This document shows, piece by piece, positions 1-13,584 of a stretch of 64,000 bases of DNA. This DNA is from Eledone cirrhosa (lineage: Eukaryota): NCBI GenBank assembly GCA_964016885.1, contig OZ024757.1, positions 28,086,001-28,150,000 on the forward strand. Reading direction: 5' to 3'. Below the pieces are notes generated by a model. It was not told the origin of the DNA, did not search any database, and saw only the letters and a list, made by a program, of their open reading frames with translations. Position numbers and translations under genes: made by a program. Within the stretch, counting starts at the first letter, position 1. Each line of letters starts with the position of its first letter.

Positions 1-1564
1 AATATATATATATATATACATATTTATATGAAAAATTCAGGATCCCAAAATTTTCATATTACCCACTCTACTACCCCAAGTATCATGTACTCTGGTGAAT
101 AATGGTCTAACTGGTTTTTACTGCCTCCATTCTGATATATATATATATATACTCTAAACTTAAAATGTTCATGATGATCTGTCCACAAGTAAAGGTACTG
201 CAAACGTTTGAATTCACAAATCCATTTTTAGATACTTTCTGCCAAATCATTACAGAATGTTAAGAGTTAATACATGCATATACATAGTAAATACATTCAT
301 ATTTAATGGTAGAGAAATACATGAAAGATATGGTGCAGTGCTTAACAGAGAAGAGAAAAACCATTTGTGTAAACAGTTAACAACTCTATGGAATTCTATC
401 TCCACCCCCACCACCATTTCCTTAGTTTAGCAACTATGCTGGTACTATACCCAACAACGCCCAGTACTAATTTGCCTCTACTGTTCATAATGTGCATTCT
501 TGATATCAACATTGTTTTTACATCCATGCTGTCATGGGTTGGACAGGATGTTTTCAGACAGTGTTTTACAGCGGATATCCTTTCTGTTGCCCCTTACAAC
601 ACAACATGCAAGGATATGGTGTACCTATTCTAACAACTGGATATGCATAGTAAGTGATATACATTACATGAATGTGTGTGACCTAGTGGTTGAGCCCATG
701 ATAGTAAGATTGTGGGTGGCACACTATGTCGTTGAGAGGACAATTCATTTCAAATTGTTGATACAATCCACCATGCTGGAAAAAATGAGTACCAGCAACC
801 CCGCCCACTTCCAGGGATGACGCTTGTTCTTTCAGTTACTTAATGCTACATGAAACCAGAATAAGCACTGACCTGATGAGCCTCTTGTCTTGGAACTGAC
901 TTAACTTTTAAAAATTTAAATATACAATATATATGACAGACTTCCACACGGTTACAGTTTCCTTCTACCAAATTTTACTCACAAGGAATTGGTCAAACCA
1001 AGGTTATTCTTGAATAGACTAACCCAAAGTACTACACACTGGGAGTGAACATGGAATTCATCATCATCATCATCATCATCATCGTTTAACGTCCGTGTTC
1101 CATGCTTGCATGGGTTTGGACGGGAGTTTTCCCACTCGAGGCAAGAGTGGTTGTCTTGCTCGCATAGGACTGTCTGGCAGGTTTTCTACAGTTGGATGCC
1201 CTTCCTAACACCAACCACATTTACAGTGTGGGGCTGGGAGGTTTTTACCGTGTTGCCTACACGGCCACATTACAGCGTGGACTGTCTGGCAGGTTTTCTA
1301 CAGCTGGATGCCCTTCCTAACACCAACCACATTTACAGTGTGGGACTGGGACGTTTTTACCGTGTTGCCTACACGGTCACATTACAGCGTGGACTGTGTG
1401 TTTTTTTTTTGTGACACCTACACGATCTCATTTGTTTCAGCCTGGATTTTGTGGCACCAACATAACTTTACATTGAAAGGGGCGGTGTGGATGGGGTGGG
1501 GTGGTGGGACGGGGGTGTATTTTGTTAGAGATGCCTACTGACTGTAGTAGGTTTTACTTTGTAT

Positions 1565-1750
1565 TTAGGTAACGCGGGTCTTCTCTGTTACTGAGTACCG
1601 CCAAAGGTCTCGGTCCAGTGACATTGTCTTGGAGAGGTGTAAGTGTGTGAGGTTGGAATTTATCAGCTCGTCCCAGGTTTTTCTGGGTCTGCCTACTCCG
1701 TGGCTACCATCTATCTTTATTGCCCTGCACTTTGTTATACAGCTGTCGTC
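1565..1750 (-). mobile_element. RTE-clade LINE 3' fragment
   Basis: GRPRKTW...DRDLWR C-terminal motif. Confidence 0.75.
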
Positions 1751-1908
1751 TTTCAATTGGTTTTTAGAATAGATACCCATATATCTTCATGTAGTATAAG
1801 GTAGTAAACTATGTTGCTACCAAGAAAGGCATCCTGCTATAAAATATTAAGTGGTAGAGTCCCATAAAGCCAGCATGTACTGTTGCTCAATCTATTTGTC
1901 AGACTTAC

Positions 1909-2075
1909 CTGAATATAAGGAGAAGGTCAGCATCTGCAGCTTGAGACAGCATCTTGTTGCACAGGCTGCAGCATTCAGCACAGGGCATGAAACCCTTAAC
2001 AGCTTCAGCCCGCAATCTCTTCAGATGTAAATGGAGATCATGGTGCAGCAGGTTTTTACAGGTTTTCATTAGTGT
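1909..2075 (-). CDS. VPS8: VPS8 exon 40 ([15 protein letters not shown]...CSLC...LLIF)
   Basis: cag/gtaagt, first half of RING finger; CGH-containing exon expected left of window. Confidence 0.94.
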
Positions 2076-4896
2076 CTGGAGGAGGATGAAACGGGAGGGT
2101 ATTGAGTAAGAGATAAGAAAACAAAGAGATCCAGGACTTGACGGTTGTCTCCCTTTCTGAAACACACACACACACACATGCAATTGATGCAACCAGTTAT
2201 TGGTGTCACTCTAGATGTTTTTGCAGTGAAAGTCACCACTGGTCTCTATCCTCTGTCATGTATAGAAGTGTCGCAGTCCTTGATGTCATGCATAGAAGCC
2301 TCTCCAGTCCTTGATGTCAAACCAGGAATCATCTGGGATTTTAAAAAAATGTTTGTGTTGCCACTGCCACCACTACACAGCCCTCTCTCTCTCTCTCTCT
2401 CTCTCTCTCAAACGCACTTTTACCAGCCTCTTTCCAGCATAACAGATGTTTTACATGAAATATACTACAGCTTTAATATAATAGATAGATCAGTGCTGAC
2501 CATGGGCTAAACAACAAGAGGCACAGCAACAACAGTGAATAACTTACCTCTTCATAATTATATGTTTCTAACATTCCCAGGATCAATTCCTTTACTTCAC
2601 CAAACTTGCCAGCATTATACGCAGGGTCCTTATATTAGAAATAACAACAGCCTCATTAAACATTTTTATAAACACATACATATATATAGAGAGATGTACA
2701 CATATATCCACAGGCTATATGTGTACAACTATTTTTTGTTGAATCAGCAATCTGATGAGTAGATTAATACTGTAGCCAATTATCAGTGAAACACACATAA
2801 GTCAATACTCAATAAAAACAGAAATAGATGTAAATGAAATTTCATTGTTTTTTTTATTATTATATACATTCTGTGTATCGAGAAGTCACATTGGTACCAC
2901 CACTAATAATTCACTGAATCACCTATACTATATATATATATATATCTATAGCATACTGTAAGATGGTCATGTAGGTGTCACAAAAAAAGCACCCAGCACA
3001 TACTGTAAATGTGGTTGGCAGTAGGAAAGGCATCCAGTTGTAGAAATCTAGCCAGAAACAGTTCTATATGAGCAAGACAAGGTCACCTGACCCCACTTGC
3101 CTCAAATGCGACAACCCATCTAACCCATGCTAGCATGGAAAATGGACCTTAAACGATAATGATGATGATATATATATGTATCATCATCATCACCGTTTTA
3201 TGTCTATATATATTTATATATATACACAGAGAAAGAGAGAGACTGAGAAATGCATATAATCTGACAAAACCGATATCAAACTTAGCTTACCTGCATAATC
3301 TTTTGCAAAATAGATGGCAGAGCTATGTATCCCATCATACTGTTGAGAATATGGTGAGTTAGTTCTTGAATGTCTGTGGCAAAAATAGACAGAATATGAG
3401 TTACTATTTCCAAACATTAACAGCATAGGATCCACCTTTGTCTGAGTGTCCAGCAAAGGTTTATGAGTAAGCCCATTCTTCAGAATAAATTTGTTCTATA
3501 TGATATAATGTATAATGATATGTGTATCTGGTTTATAGGTTCCCTGTATCCCTGCATGTTGTAAGAGGCAACTAAAAGGGTTGGAGCCAGGAAGGGCATA
3601 CATCTATAAAACATTGCCTCAAAAAGAACCCACATAATGAGTATAAAGCTTATCATGGGGTCAGTGGGGCTAACCCTTACTACTCCTAGTTGTTCAATAA
3701 AAAGCCGTTTGTTTTAAAGTGTGTATATTCATCTAAAAACTTATTATAATTTTACATTAGAAGCTTTGCTTAGTTAGGTTTTAATCACCAGCATAATAAT
3801 AAGAAAGTTAGTAATATTACTAAATCCCTCCAAATTTTTGATTATTTTCAAAATTATTTGAAAATCTTCAGCAATGTCTTTCATTAGATATTTAACAAAA
3901 GGCTTAAAGTAATTATTACTAATTTATAAACTTAACGTCATAACTTTATGGAAGAAACTTTTAAGTTATATTTCAAACACCAGCTGAATACAGAGAAATT
4001 TAGTTATATTAAAGGAGGAATTTGTAGTTCGCTTAAAGCATTGTATACAGTATAAAGAATTTGAAGTTTGAAAGCCACAACAATACGAAATGGACGACTA
4101 AGTAAATAAATAAGTCGGATGAAACAAGAAGTGTTTTTATCTTAATTTTGTTTATATGTCCTGATATTTCGAGATTAAAATCTCTTCCTCGGCTGAAGAG
4201 ATTTTGACCTCGAAATATCAGGACATATAAATAAATTAAGGTAAAAACACTTCTTGTTTATTTATTTATTCATCCATCTTGCCTTGTCGTGGCTTTCAAA
4301 CTTCGAATTAGTTATATTACTATATCACTCTAAACTTTTGATCATTTTCAAAATCATTTGAAAATCATAGGCAGTGTCTTTAAGTAGAAGTATGGTAAGG
4401 AATGGGTTAAACTCACCTGTAATTATTTCTTTGTCTTCTATGTCTTTCAGTTTTCTTTGAGGAGCCATCATAGATTCTAACAAGGGGAACCACATAGCCT
4501 GAACAAAACCGTAATATCATAAGATACCATTTAACCATTTAATTTCTGTAGATACTCTGATATAAGCTGACCCCACTATTTTATGTCTGAGAAAGGGGCA
4601 TGGGCAAAAATCCAAACCTTATTTACATAGAATTTGAAGTCAGTGAAAATCGTCAAAATATTGAACCCAAATATAAGCCAACCCCACTTCTACCATAGAT
4701 TTTTTGGTCATGTATTCCTCAGCTTATATTCGAGTATATACGCTAGTCTTACACATTGATATTTAGCATGCTACAATAATTGTAAAACAATCAATTTATT
4801 AACTACCTCACCTTGTTTATCTTATTCTTTCATTGTTTAACAATATATATGTGTATATACATATATATCTAAAGATCATTTTACATCTGCTTTGCC

Positions 4897-4932
<36 letters not shown>

Positions 4933-6235
4933 AAGAAGTTTCTTCTAAGATACACTTACCTCTCGGCTAGCTTCGTCCATGTTGCTTGAGTTTCGTTGAC
5001 AAAGTTGGATGACCACCAATAAACTGGTTTGGACGTCTTGTAGCTGAACAATTGTCTCTGGAATTGGTGGGAATAGAGAATATAGAAGACAGAACAATTG
5101 AGAGGGTTGAGCAGATGTATTTGTGTGTGTAGGTGCATGTGTGTGTAAAGTAGATGTATATATATATCATCATCATCGTTTAACATCTTTTAATGTCTAT
5201 TTTTCTATGCTTGCATGGGTTAGATGGGTCATCCACGTTATGAAACAATTCTGGCTAGTTGGTCATGCTGTAGGTTGCTCAAACGGAGTCAAAATACAGT
5301 TCTGTTTGAGCAAGGTACAGCACGATCAACTGGCCAGCCTTGAATCATGATGTTGATGACCTGTCTGACCCATGCAAGCACAGAAAAATAGACGTTAAAT
5401 GATGATTATGATGATGATGATATATGTATATATATATATATACCATATTTCCCAGTGTCGAAGACACTACTCTTTTTCCTAAAATAAGTCTCAAAAATCT
5501 ACCATGCGTCCTCGAGGGGAAGCGTCTTCGGTGACAGGAAATACAGTATATACATATTTCTACACACACACGTACCATTGTTTTACATTCTGCTTTCTAA
5601 GTAGGCATGGGATAGGCAAAATATTTTGAGTCAGTGATATAAAGCTGGATGCTTTTAATGACATGCAGTGATATGGTATACTTATTCTAGTGTGTATGTG
5701 TGTATGTATGTATATATATATATATATGTGTGTATCATCATCATCATCATCACCGTTTTACGTCCGTTCTTCCACGCTAGCATGGGTTAGACAGGTTGTC
5801 CTGTTGTGGGCAGTATCTGGTCGGCTGACCATGCCTTGCTCATACAGGAACTGATTTGGCTTGATTTCTACAGCTGGATGCACTTCCTAACACCAACCTC
5901 ATTTACAGTGAGTGCTGGGTGCTTTTTTGTGGCGCCTACACGTCCACTTTACAGTGTGGGCTGGGTGCTTTTTTGCCGTGGCACCTCCATGACCACCTTG
6001 CAGTGGGGGGTGTGGGGGCATATTGTTTATATGCTTCAGCTTGTACCCATGGGAGGTCGGGTACTCTGTATTACTGCGTGACACCAGAGGTCACGGTCGT
6101 GTGTCATCGCCTTTGAGAGGTGTAATTGGGTAAGGTCGGCTTATGTGTATATACATATATGTGTGTGTATATGTGTATATATATATATGTGTATATGTGT
6201 ATATATATATATATGTGTATATGTGTATATATATA

Positions 6236-6272
<37 letters not shown>

Positions 6273-6477
6273 GTGTATATATATATATATATATATGTGT
6301 ATATATATATATATGTGTATATGTATATATATATATATGTGTGTGTGTGTGTATATGTGTATGTATATATATGTATATATATGTGTATATGTATATATGT
6401 ATATATATGTGTATATATATGTATATATGTATATATATGTGTATATATATGTATGTGTATATATATGTATATGTATA

Positions 6478-6524
<47 letters not shown>

Positions 6525-6594
6525 ATATATAAATATGTATATATATATGTGTATATATGTATATATATGTGTATATATGTGTATATATATATAT

Positions 6595-6628
<34 letters not shown>

Positions 6629-7170
6629 ATGTATATATATATGTATATATATGTATATATATATATGTATATATATGTATATATATATGTGTATATATAT
6701 GTGGAGGCACATGGCTTAGTGGTTAGAGCATTGGCTTTGCAATCGAAAGGTTGTGAGTTCAATTGGGTCCATATCATACCACTGCAAAGTGGTCGTGGAG
6801 GTGCCATGGCAAAAAAGCACCCAGCACTCACTGTAAATGAGGTTGGTGTTAGGAAGAGCATCCAGCTGTAGAAATCAAGCCAGCATCAGTTCCCGTCCCA
6901 CCCTTGCAAGCAGGGAAAAAGCGGACGTAAAATGAAATGATGATGATATATGTATATATATGTATATATATATGTGTATATATATATGTGTATATATATA
7001 TGTGTATATATATGAATATATATATGTATATATATATGTATATATATATGTATATATATATGTATATATATATGTATATATATATATGTATATATATATA
7101 CATATATTGCAAGCAGGGAAAAGCGGACGTAAAATGATGATGATGATGATGATATATATATGTGTGTATA

Positions 7171-7211
<41 letters not shown>

Positions 7212-7399
7212 GTGTGTATATATATATATATATATAGTGACGAAACATAAGTTAATTGCATGAACTCATAATCCTTTATTTACTGCTATATATATTTTGA
7301 TGATGATAGCTATTGAATGGCTATGACCTCATCAGGCAGTTAGTCAGTTCTTAGATATGCCAGCTCTGTGTTTATAGTGTTGATTGTATCAGAGCCTTG

Positions 7400-7446
<47 letters not shown>

Positions 7447-10400
7447 CTTTTTTCCTTTTTGTTTCTTTCTCTTTCTCTGGGACGCCATATATATCTATAC
7501 AATGAGATGATGACTCTGGTGCTGTGTATACACACATATATCCATAAACATGCACATGTGTATTTATATGTATATCTACTTATATATTCATATATTTATG
7601 CCTTTATATCATCATCATCAGTTAATATCAATGCCTTGTGTTAGACCATTAAATGAATATGATGATGATATATAAATGCATAAATAGATGTGTAAGTATA
7701 TAAACACATACAAAAATGCATATCGATACACACACACAAACGTATATGTGTGAGTGTATGTGTGGGTGGGTGTGTGGGTGAATCTGTGAAAAAAACTACA
7801 TGTAAAACAAACAAATGTTTCAATAGTTGAAAGGAAATATCGTAGTAGTGACTGTGTTATTTCTGTGGACATGAAAGACTTTTAATGACAGTGATATGTT
7901 GATTTAGTGGTGATGGTGATGGTGATGGTGATGGTAATTATGATGATGGTGGTGGTAGTGATAGTTCAGGTGATGCTGTTGATGGGGTACTAGTGATGGT
8001 GAAGATGGCGGATGTGATGATGCTGTTGATGTTGGTGGTGGTGGTGGTTGTGTAAATGCTGTTGATGGTGGTGGTGGTGGTGGTGGTGGGGGTTGTGCTG
8101 ATGTTGTTGAAGGTGGTGCTAGTGATAGGGTTGGTGCTGTTTAAGATAATGTTGATGATGATGGTGTTGTGATAATAGTGATGGTGATAGTGCTGATGCT
8201 GTTGATGTTGGTGGTTGTAGTGATGGTGGTTCTGGTGATGGTGGTAATGATGGTGATAATGGCGGTAGCTTGTGGAATTAAATATGTTTATAAAGATGAT
8301 GTTCATATTAATAATAACGATGATGATGATGGTAATAGTGATGTTGATGGTCATAAAGACAACAATAATGATAGTGATGATACTGATGATACCTGTGTAG
8401 GTGCATGACCTCGTGGTTAAAGTGTTGGATTCCCACTCATAAGGTTGCAGTCTCAATTCCTAGTCTGGATGACACATTGTGTCCTTGAGCATGACACTTC
8501 ATTTCACATAGGGGCTCCTATCATTAAAATACCCAAGAAACCTCCTATGTCATCCAACCTTATATTATATATATATACATAATGGTTTTTAGCAGTCAAT
8601 ATTTTAATACATTTGAAGAGCCAGTGACCTAAGGAGTTGAGCCCTACTGTTACATAATGTTATGTAAATTGGGAATGTCTCTGAGCCTGATCACTGGTGA
8701 AACATGTGTTAAACTGATATCTCCTCCATCTGGTTACATATATATAAATGTGTGTGTATGTGTGTGTGTGTGCATAAAACAATTTAAAAAAAACAGAAGT
8801 CAGGTGTAGGTAGATAGTTAGTTCATTGTTTTACGATCGTTTCAGAGGCTGGATTGATTGATGGAGATCAATGTATCGACTAGCATGGTAGATGTTAAGT
8901 TACTACCTATTTTTAGTCTCGAAATCCCTGTTCAATCGGCTGTCTTCCTCATATATATATATATATATATATATTGTTTTCTCGCATGCATTTGAAACAT
9001 GCACATGTGTACAGAACAACTTCCATTGCCAACTAAAAACGGGTATTATTTATCAAGATATGTGTGTGAGAGAGAGAGATTTAAAAAAGATTTTAACACA
9101 CCTGCTTTGCTCAATTTCTTTGAAAGAATAGCATCTGTAAACGTTTGGACCTTTTTATTCAAAGTCTGTTGTAAAGAAAAACAAGGTGAAGAATCATAAA
9201 TAGCACTACACAGCAGATCAATTATTTTCTTCAGTAATTTAGCATACAGCTTTAATCTTTTACTGGTTTCAGTCGCTATACTGTACCTATGCTGTGGCAC
9301 TGTTTTAAAGGGATTTTAGTCAATCTTATCAATCCCAGTACTTATTTTTTTCAGTCTTGGTACTTGTTTTATTGATACCTTCTTTGTCAATGGTGCCGCA
9401 TGGTGAGACTAAACTCAGAACTGTGTGGCTGAGAAGTGAACTCTTTGATCACACAGCTATGTAACCAGATGCAGTTTCAGGCAGTTTGATATCAAAAGGG
9501 TTAAATGAAAACAATAGAAGAAAAAGTAAAAAGAAGAGTGAAATGAAATTAAAAACAATTCCACAAATTCTTCACCTAAATAGTTACCAACCACTACTTA
9601 CTTGTAACATTATGTTGAAGGCTCCTAGAATATCCCCCATTTTTTCCAAGATGTGGGCTGAGGCACATGGTATGTCATATTTGTTCACAATCTGGTGGAG
9701 AGACAAAAACAAGATTAATAATGTCCATATTAATGACGATCATGATGATGATATCAAGACGATGATGGTGATGACAAGACAATGATGATAATCATTTTTA
9801 TGGCTATGTTACTGAAGATGATGGCTCTGTTGACTAAAATGATGAGGATGAGAATGCTGATGATGATGATGATGGTTATAGTCATGGCTATGTTGCTGAT
9901 AGTAACTATGATGACAAAGATGATGATTATGGTTATGGCGATAATGATGGTGGCTATGATGATGATGATAGTGACTATGATGACAAAGATGATGATGATG
10001 ATAGTGACTATGATGACAAAGATGATATGATGATGAAGGTGACTGATGAGAACTATCATGGCTATGATGATTAAAATGATGAGGACGACAATGCTGATGA
10101 TCATGATGATAATGATGGTGGCTATGATGCTAATGATGATGATGAGGAGGAGGATTATAGTTATGGCTATTAGGAGGAGGATGATTATAGTTATACTATG
10201 ATGATGATGATGATGTGGTAGTGGGGGAAGTTCAGAGCTACACCCACCTTGAGAGTCTCCTCTAGTCGGTACCCATCAACATTCTTGATGAATTTGTAGA
10301 CATTACTGGTATTGAACTGGCACTGTAGATCAATATAGAGTTCATAGATGATTGGTTCAATGGTGACTTGTTTGTCTGGGTTGACATGGTTACCTACCGA

Positions 10401-11727
10401 ATCCCTGGGAGAGAGAGAAAGAGAGAGAGATACCATTTAGTGGATGTCTAAACTACATGCTATAAGTTAACAGAAGCACTAACATAGTGTGATTCATAAT
10501 GTATATGAAGGCATTTGTGATATGCTTATCTTCTTTTCATCGCCCACATATTCCTGAGAGAGTTGTGGTGCCAAAGTCATCAAATACTCCCTCCAGTGGA
10601 TCCTGTCAGAAACAACCATTTCCAAGTGTGACCAACCAAGCTCATGGATGTTATCCAACCATCTTGCTCGGCGTCTACTCCTGGGTCTCCTAATTGTTGG
10701 TTTCACCCGTAAAATCTGTCCAGAAATTCTTTCCTATATATTTATGTATGATAAATATATGTATTGCTGGTGCCACAATAAAATGCACCCAGCCTACTCT
10801 CTAAAGTGGTAGTGCTGATGCCATGGTAAAAAGCATCGAGCTCACCTTGTAAGGTGGTAATGCTGGTACCACAACAAAAAAGCAACCAGCCTACCCCGTA
10901 ATGTGGTTTGTGTAAAGAAAGGTATCCACCTGGCCTGTCAAACCCATAACAGCCTATATAAGCCAAGCAGGCATGGAAAATAGATATAAAATAGTAATGA
11001 GGATGATGATGATGATGATATATATATATGTGTGTGTGTATGTAAAAGTAATAACAAAAATAACAAAATAAATGGCACAGTACATGGAAGAAATATATTA
11101 GTTTAACGCTTGAAATAGCAGGAAGATAGCCTTAATGTTTCAGACACAAGTGCTTCATCAGAAGATAGAGTTAGAAATAGAAGATAAATAGAAAGTATAG
11201 AGTGATGAGAGGAAGGAAAGGGGAAAATGAGAAATAAATTGGGGAGAAAAAACACATGGCCATATATATATTAACTGAATTATTTTACCAGAATAAGTGG
11301 AGATCAAGGGAAAACATAAAGCCAAAACTCACTTATATGAAAGTACTCCTTGTAGAAAATCATAGAGTATTTTTGGTTTGTTCCTAAGCTGCTCTACCAC
11401 ATCACTGAGGTTACAGGACAAACTGAAGATCACAACTTTGGCTGCTTTCTTACAATCTATGTTCACTAAGTCCTGTAAAATAAATCAATAAATCAATAAT
11501 ATCCTGATCATCGTTTTAGAGGCATAACTAGGGAAAACAGTGCCTATGGCAAGCAGTGAAATTGCACCCCTACCCAGCACTGTATTTTTACCTATGGGCC
11601 TATTAATCTGTATATATTATTAACGCTTGAAATAGCAGGAAGAGGGTCTTAACATTTCAGACACTAGTCCTTCATCAGAAGAAAGGAGAAATTAGAAAGA
11701 TTGAAGAGCTGGGCAGGGCAGAATCGG

Positions 11728-11770
<43 letters not shown>

Positions 11771-11822
11771 TGTCTTCTGCAGAGTGTGTCTACCCAAATT
11801 TCATTGTAGTGTTGATATGAAT

Positions 11823-11873
<51 letters not shown>

Positions 11874-13312
11874 TCATCCCCCAATCCACTTAATAATTTG
11901 AAAGAAATGGATTTAAAAAAAAAAAAAAAACTTACAATTAGGTTTTCAAGAGCAGTAGCTTTAACAGACTCTTTCTCAGCAGAACTGTAACCATCTCCTT
12001 GAAGGATGCGGGAAATATAAGGGAATACCATATGCTGGGGGGAAGAGGAAGGGAAATAGTAAAAAACATAAAAAAACAACAAACAAAACCTGAAAGTTGA
12101 ATTATCAAAAATATTAGATTATGATTTGGGCAGAAGGTCAGACATCGGCAAAGAAAACATGATACAATCAATAGAATTGACCCCCTAATATACAGGGTAG
12201 TAAGGGCTCTTTGGTCTTGCTGACTACATGACAACCTCTCATGTGCTGGTGCCATGATGAAATGCAGCCAGTACACTCTGTAAAGTGATTCGCATTAGGA
12301 AAGGCATCCAATTATAGAGACCATACCAAAATATGGAATGTATGAGCAAGATGAGGTTTTTCAAACTATCCAATAATTGAATTGTGATGACCTGTCCAAA
12401 CCATAACAAAAGGACATATAATGATGATGATGACGATGGTATCCTTCCTTCCTTCCTTCCTTTTCTCACAAATCCTTTAAAAACAAAGAAAAGTTCTTTG
12501 TATTACAATCCAAGACATCCTCCTCATCACTGCCATCTGCCTATCCACAATCATTTAGATGGATCTTTTCAAGTACAGACTTTCACTATTTCTTGCAGCC
12601 CTTTTGTTATCTCATTCTTGAGGTTCAACATCCTAAGACCAACTTTCACCAGTCCTACCCAAGTCTAACTCAGCTTACTTCTATCACATCATCTTCCCAC
12701 TTTGAACTCTGGCACTACTTTAACCAACTGTCATTACATGCATCACATGTCCATACCAGTACAGTCTTCTCTCTTACATACTACATCAACCAGAAATCTC
12801 AAGAATCTTCCTTTTTTTTATTTTTCACTGCTTAATCAGGGAAGGAAGAGTAATAAATATGATCCCTTTCTGGGTCTCCAAAACCGAGGAGAAGGAAGAG
12901 AAGGGAGAAGTTATCTTTAAATCTTAAAACAAAGCAATCATTTAGAACCAAAATGTCAAATCTTTCTAAAGTAATCCATATTCCATTTCTTACCCGTCTT
13001 GCATAATCTTTCAAATGACAAACAAGAATTTTATCATATTTATGGTTCTTCTCGTAGACAAACTCACAGACTCGGTAACTGAAATTGAAGACAAAATGGA
13101 AATATCTTCAGCAAGTTAGCAAACATGAGATATCAATATAAAACTGACAAAATATAATTATGTTTAGTAAACAGATATGCAATTCAATATTTCAAGATGC
13201 CTGATAAACAAGAGCTACAAATAATTAATTAATGGTTCATTTATCAGTATATGGTATAACAGGAACCAATGCAAATATGATATAGCAACAATTTTCCTCC
13301 ATCTCTCTATAT

Positions 13313-13392
<80 letters not shown>

Positions 13393-13538
13393 ATGTGAGA
13401 ATATATATATACATATATATATATATATATGTATGTGTGTATGTGTGTATATATACATATATATGTGTGTGTGTGCACACATAATACATAAACATACACA
13501 TACATATACACGCACACACAAGCCAAGTGTGTGTGTGA

Positions 13539-13584
<46 letters not shown>

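Noticed and set aside
160-200. Next VPS8 RING exon (CGQIIM on minus strand)
   Set aside because: No AG acceptor in position and lacks the expected CGH..H..C pattern
873-900. CTGATGAG as a hammerhead core (also 54768)
   Set aside because: No downstream GAAA or stems; 873 is part of a SINE tail
6104-7261. Long Ile/Tyr/His/Thr or Val/Cys ORFs (also 13.2-13.7, 51.3-52, 53.3, 55.1 and 63.4-64 kb)
   Set aside because: Stop-poor translations of dinucleotide microsatellites, open in several frames and on both strands
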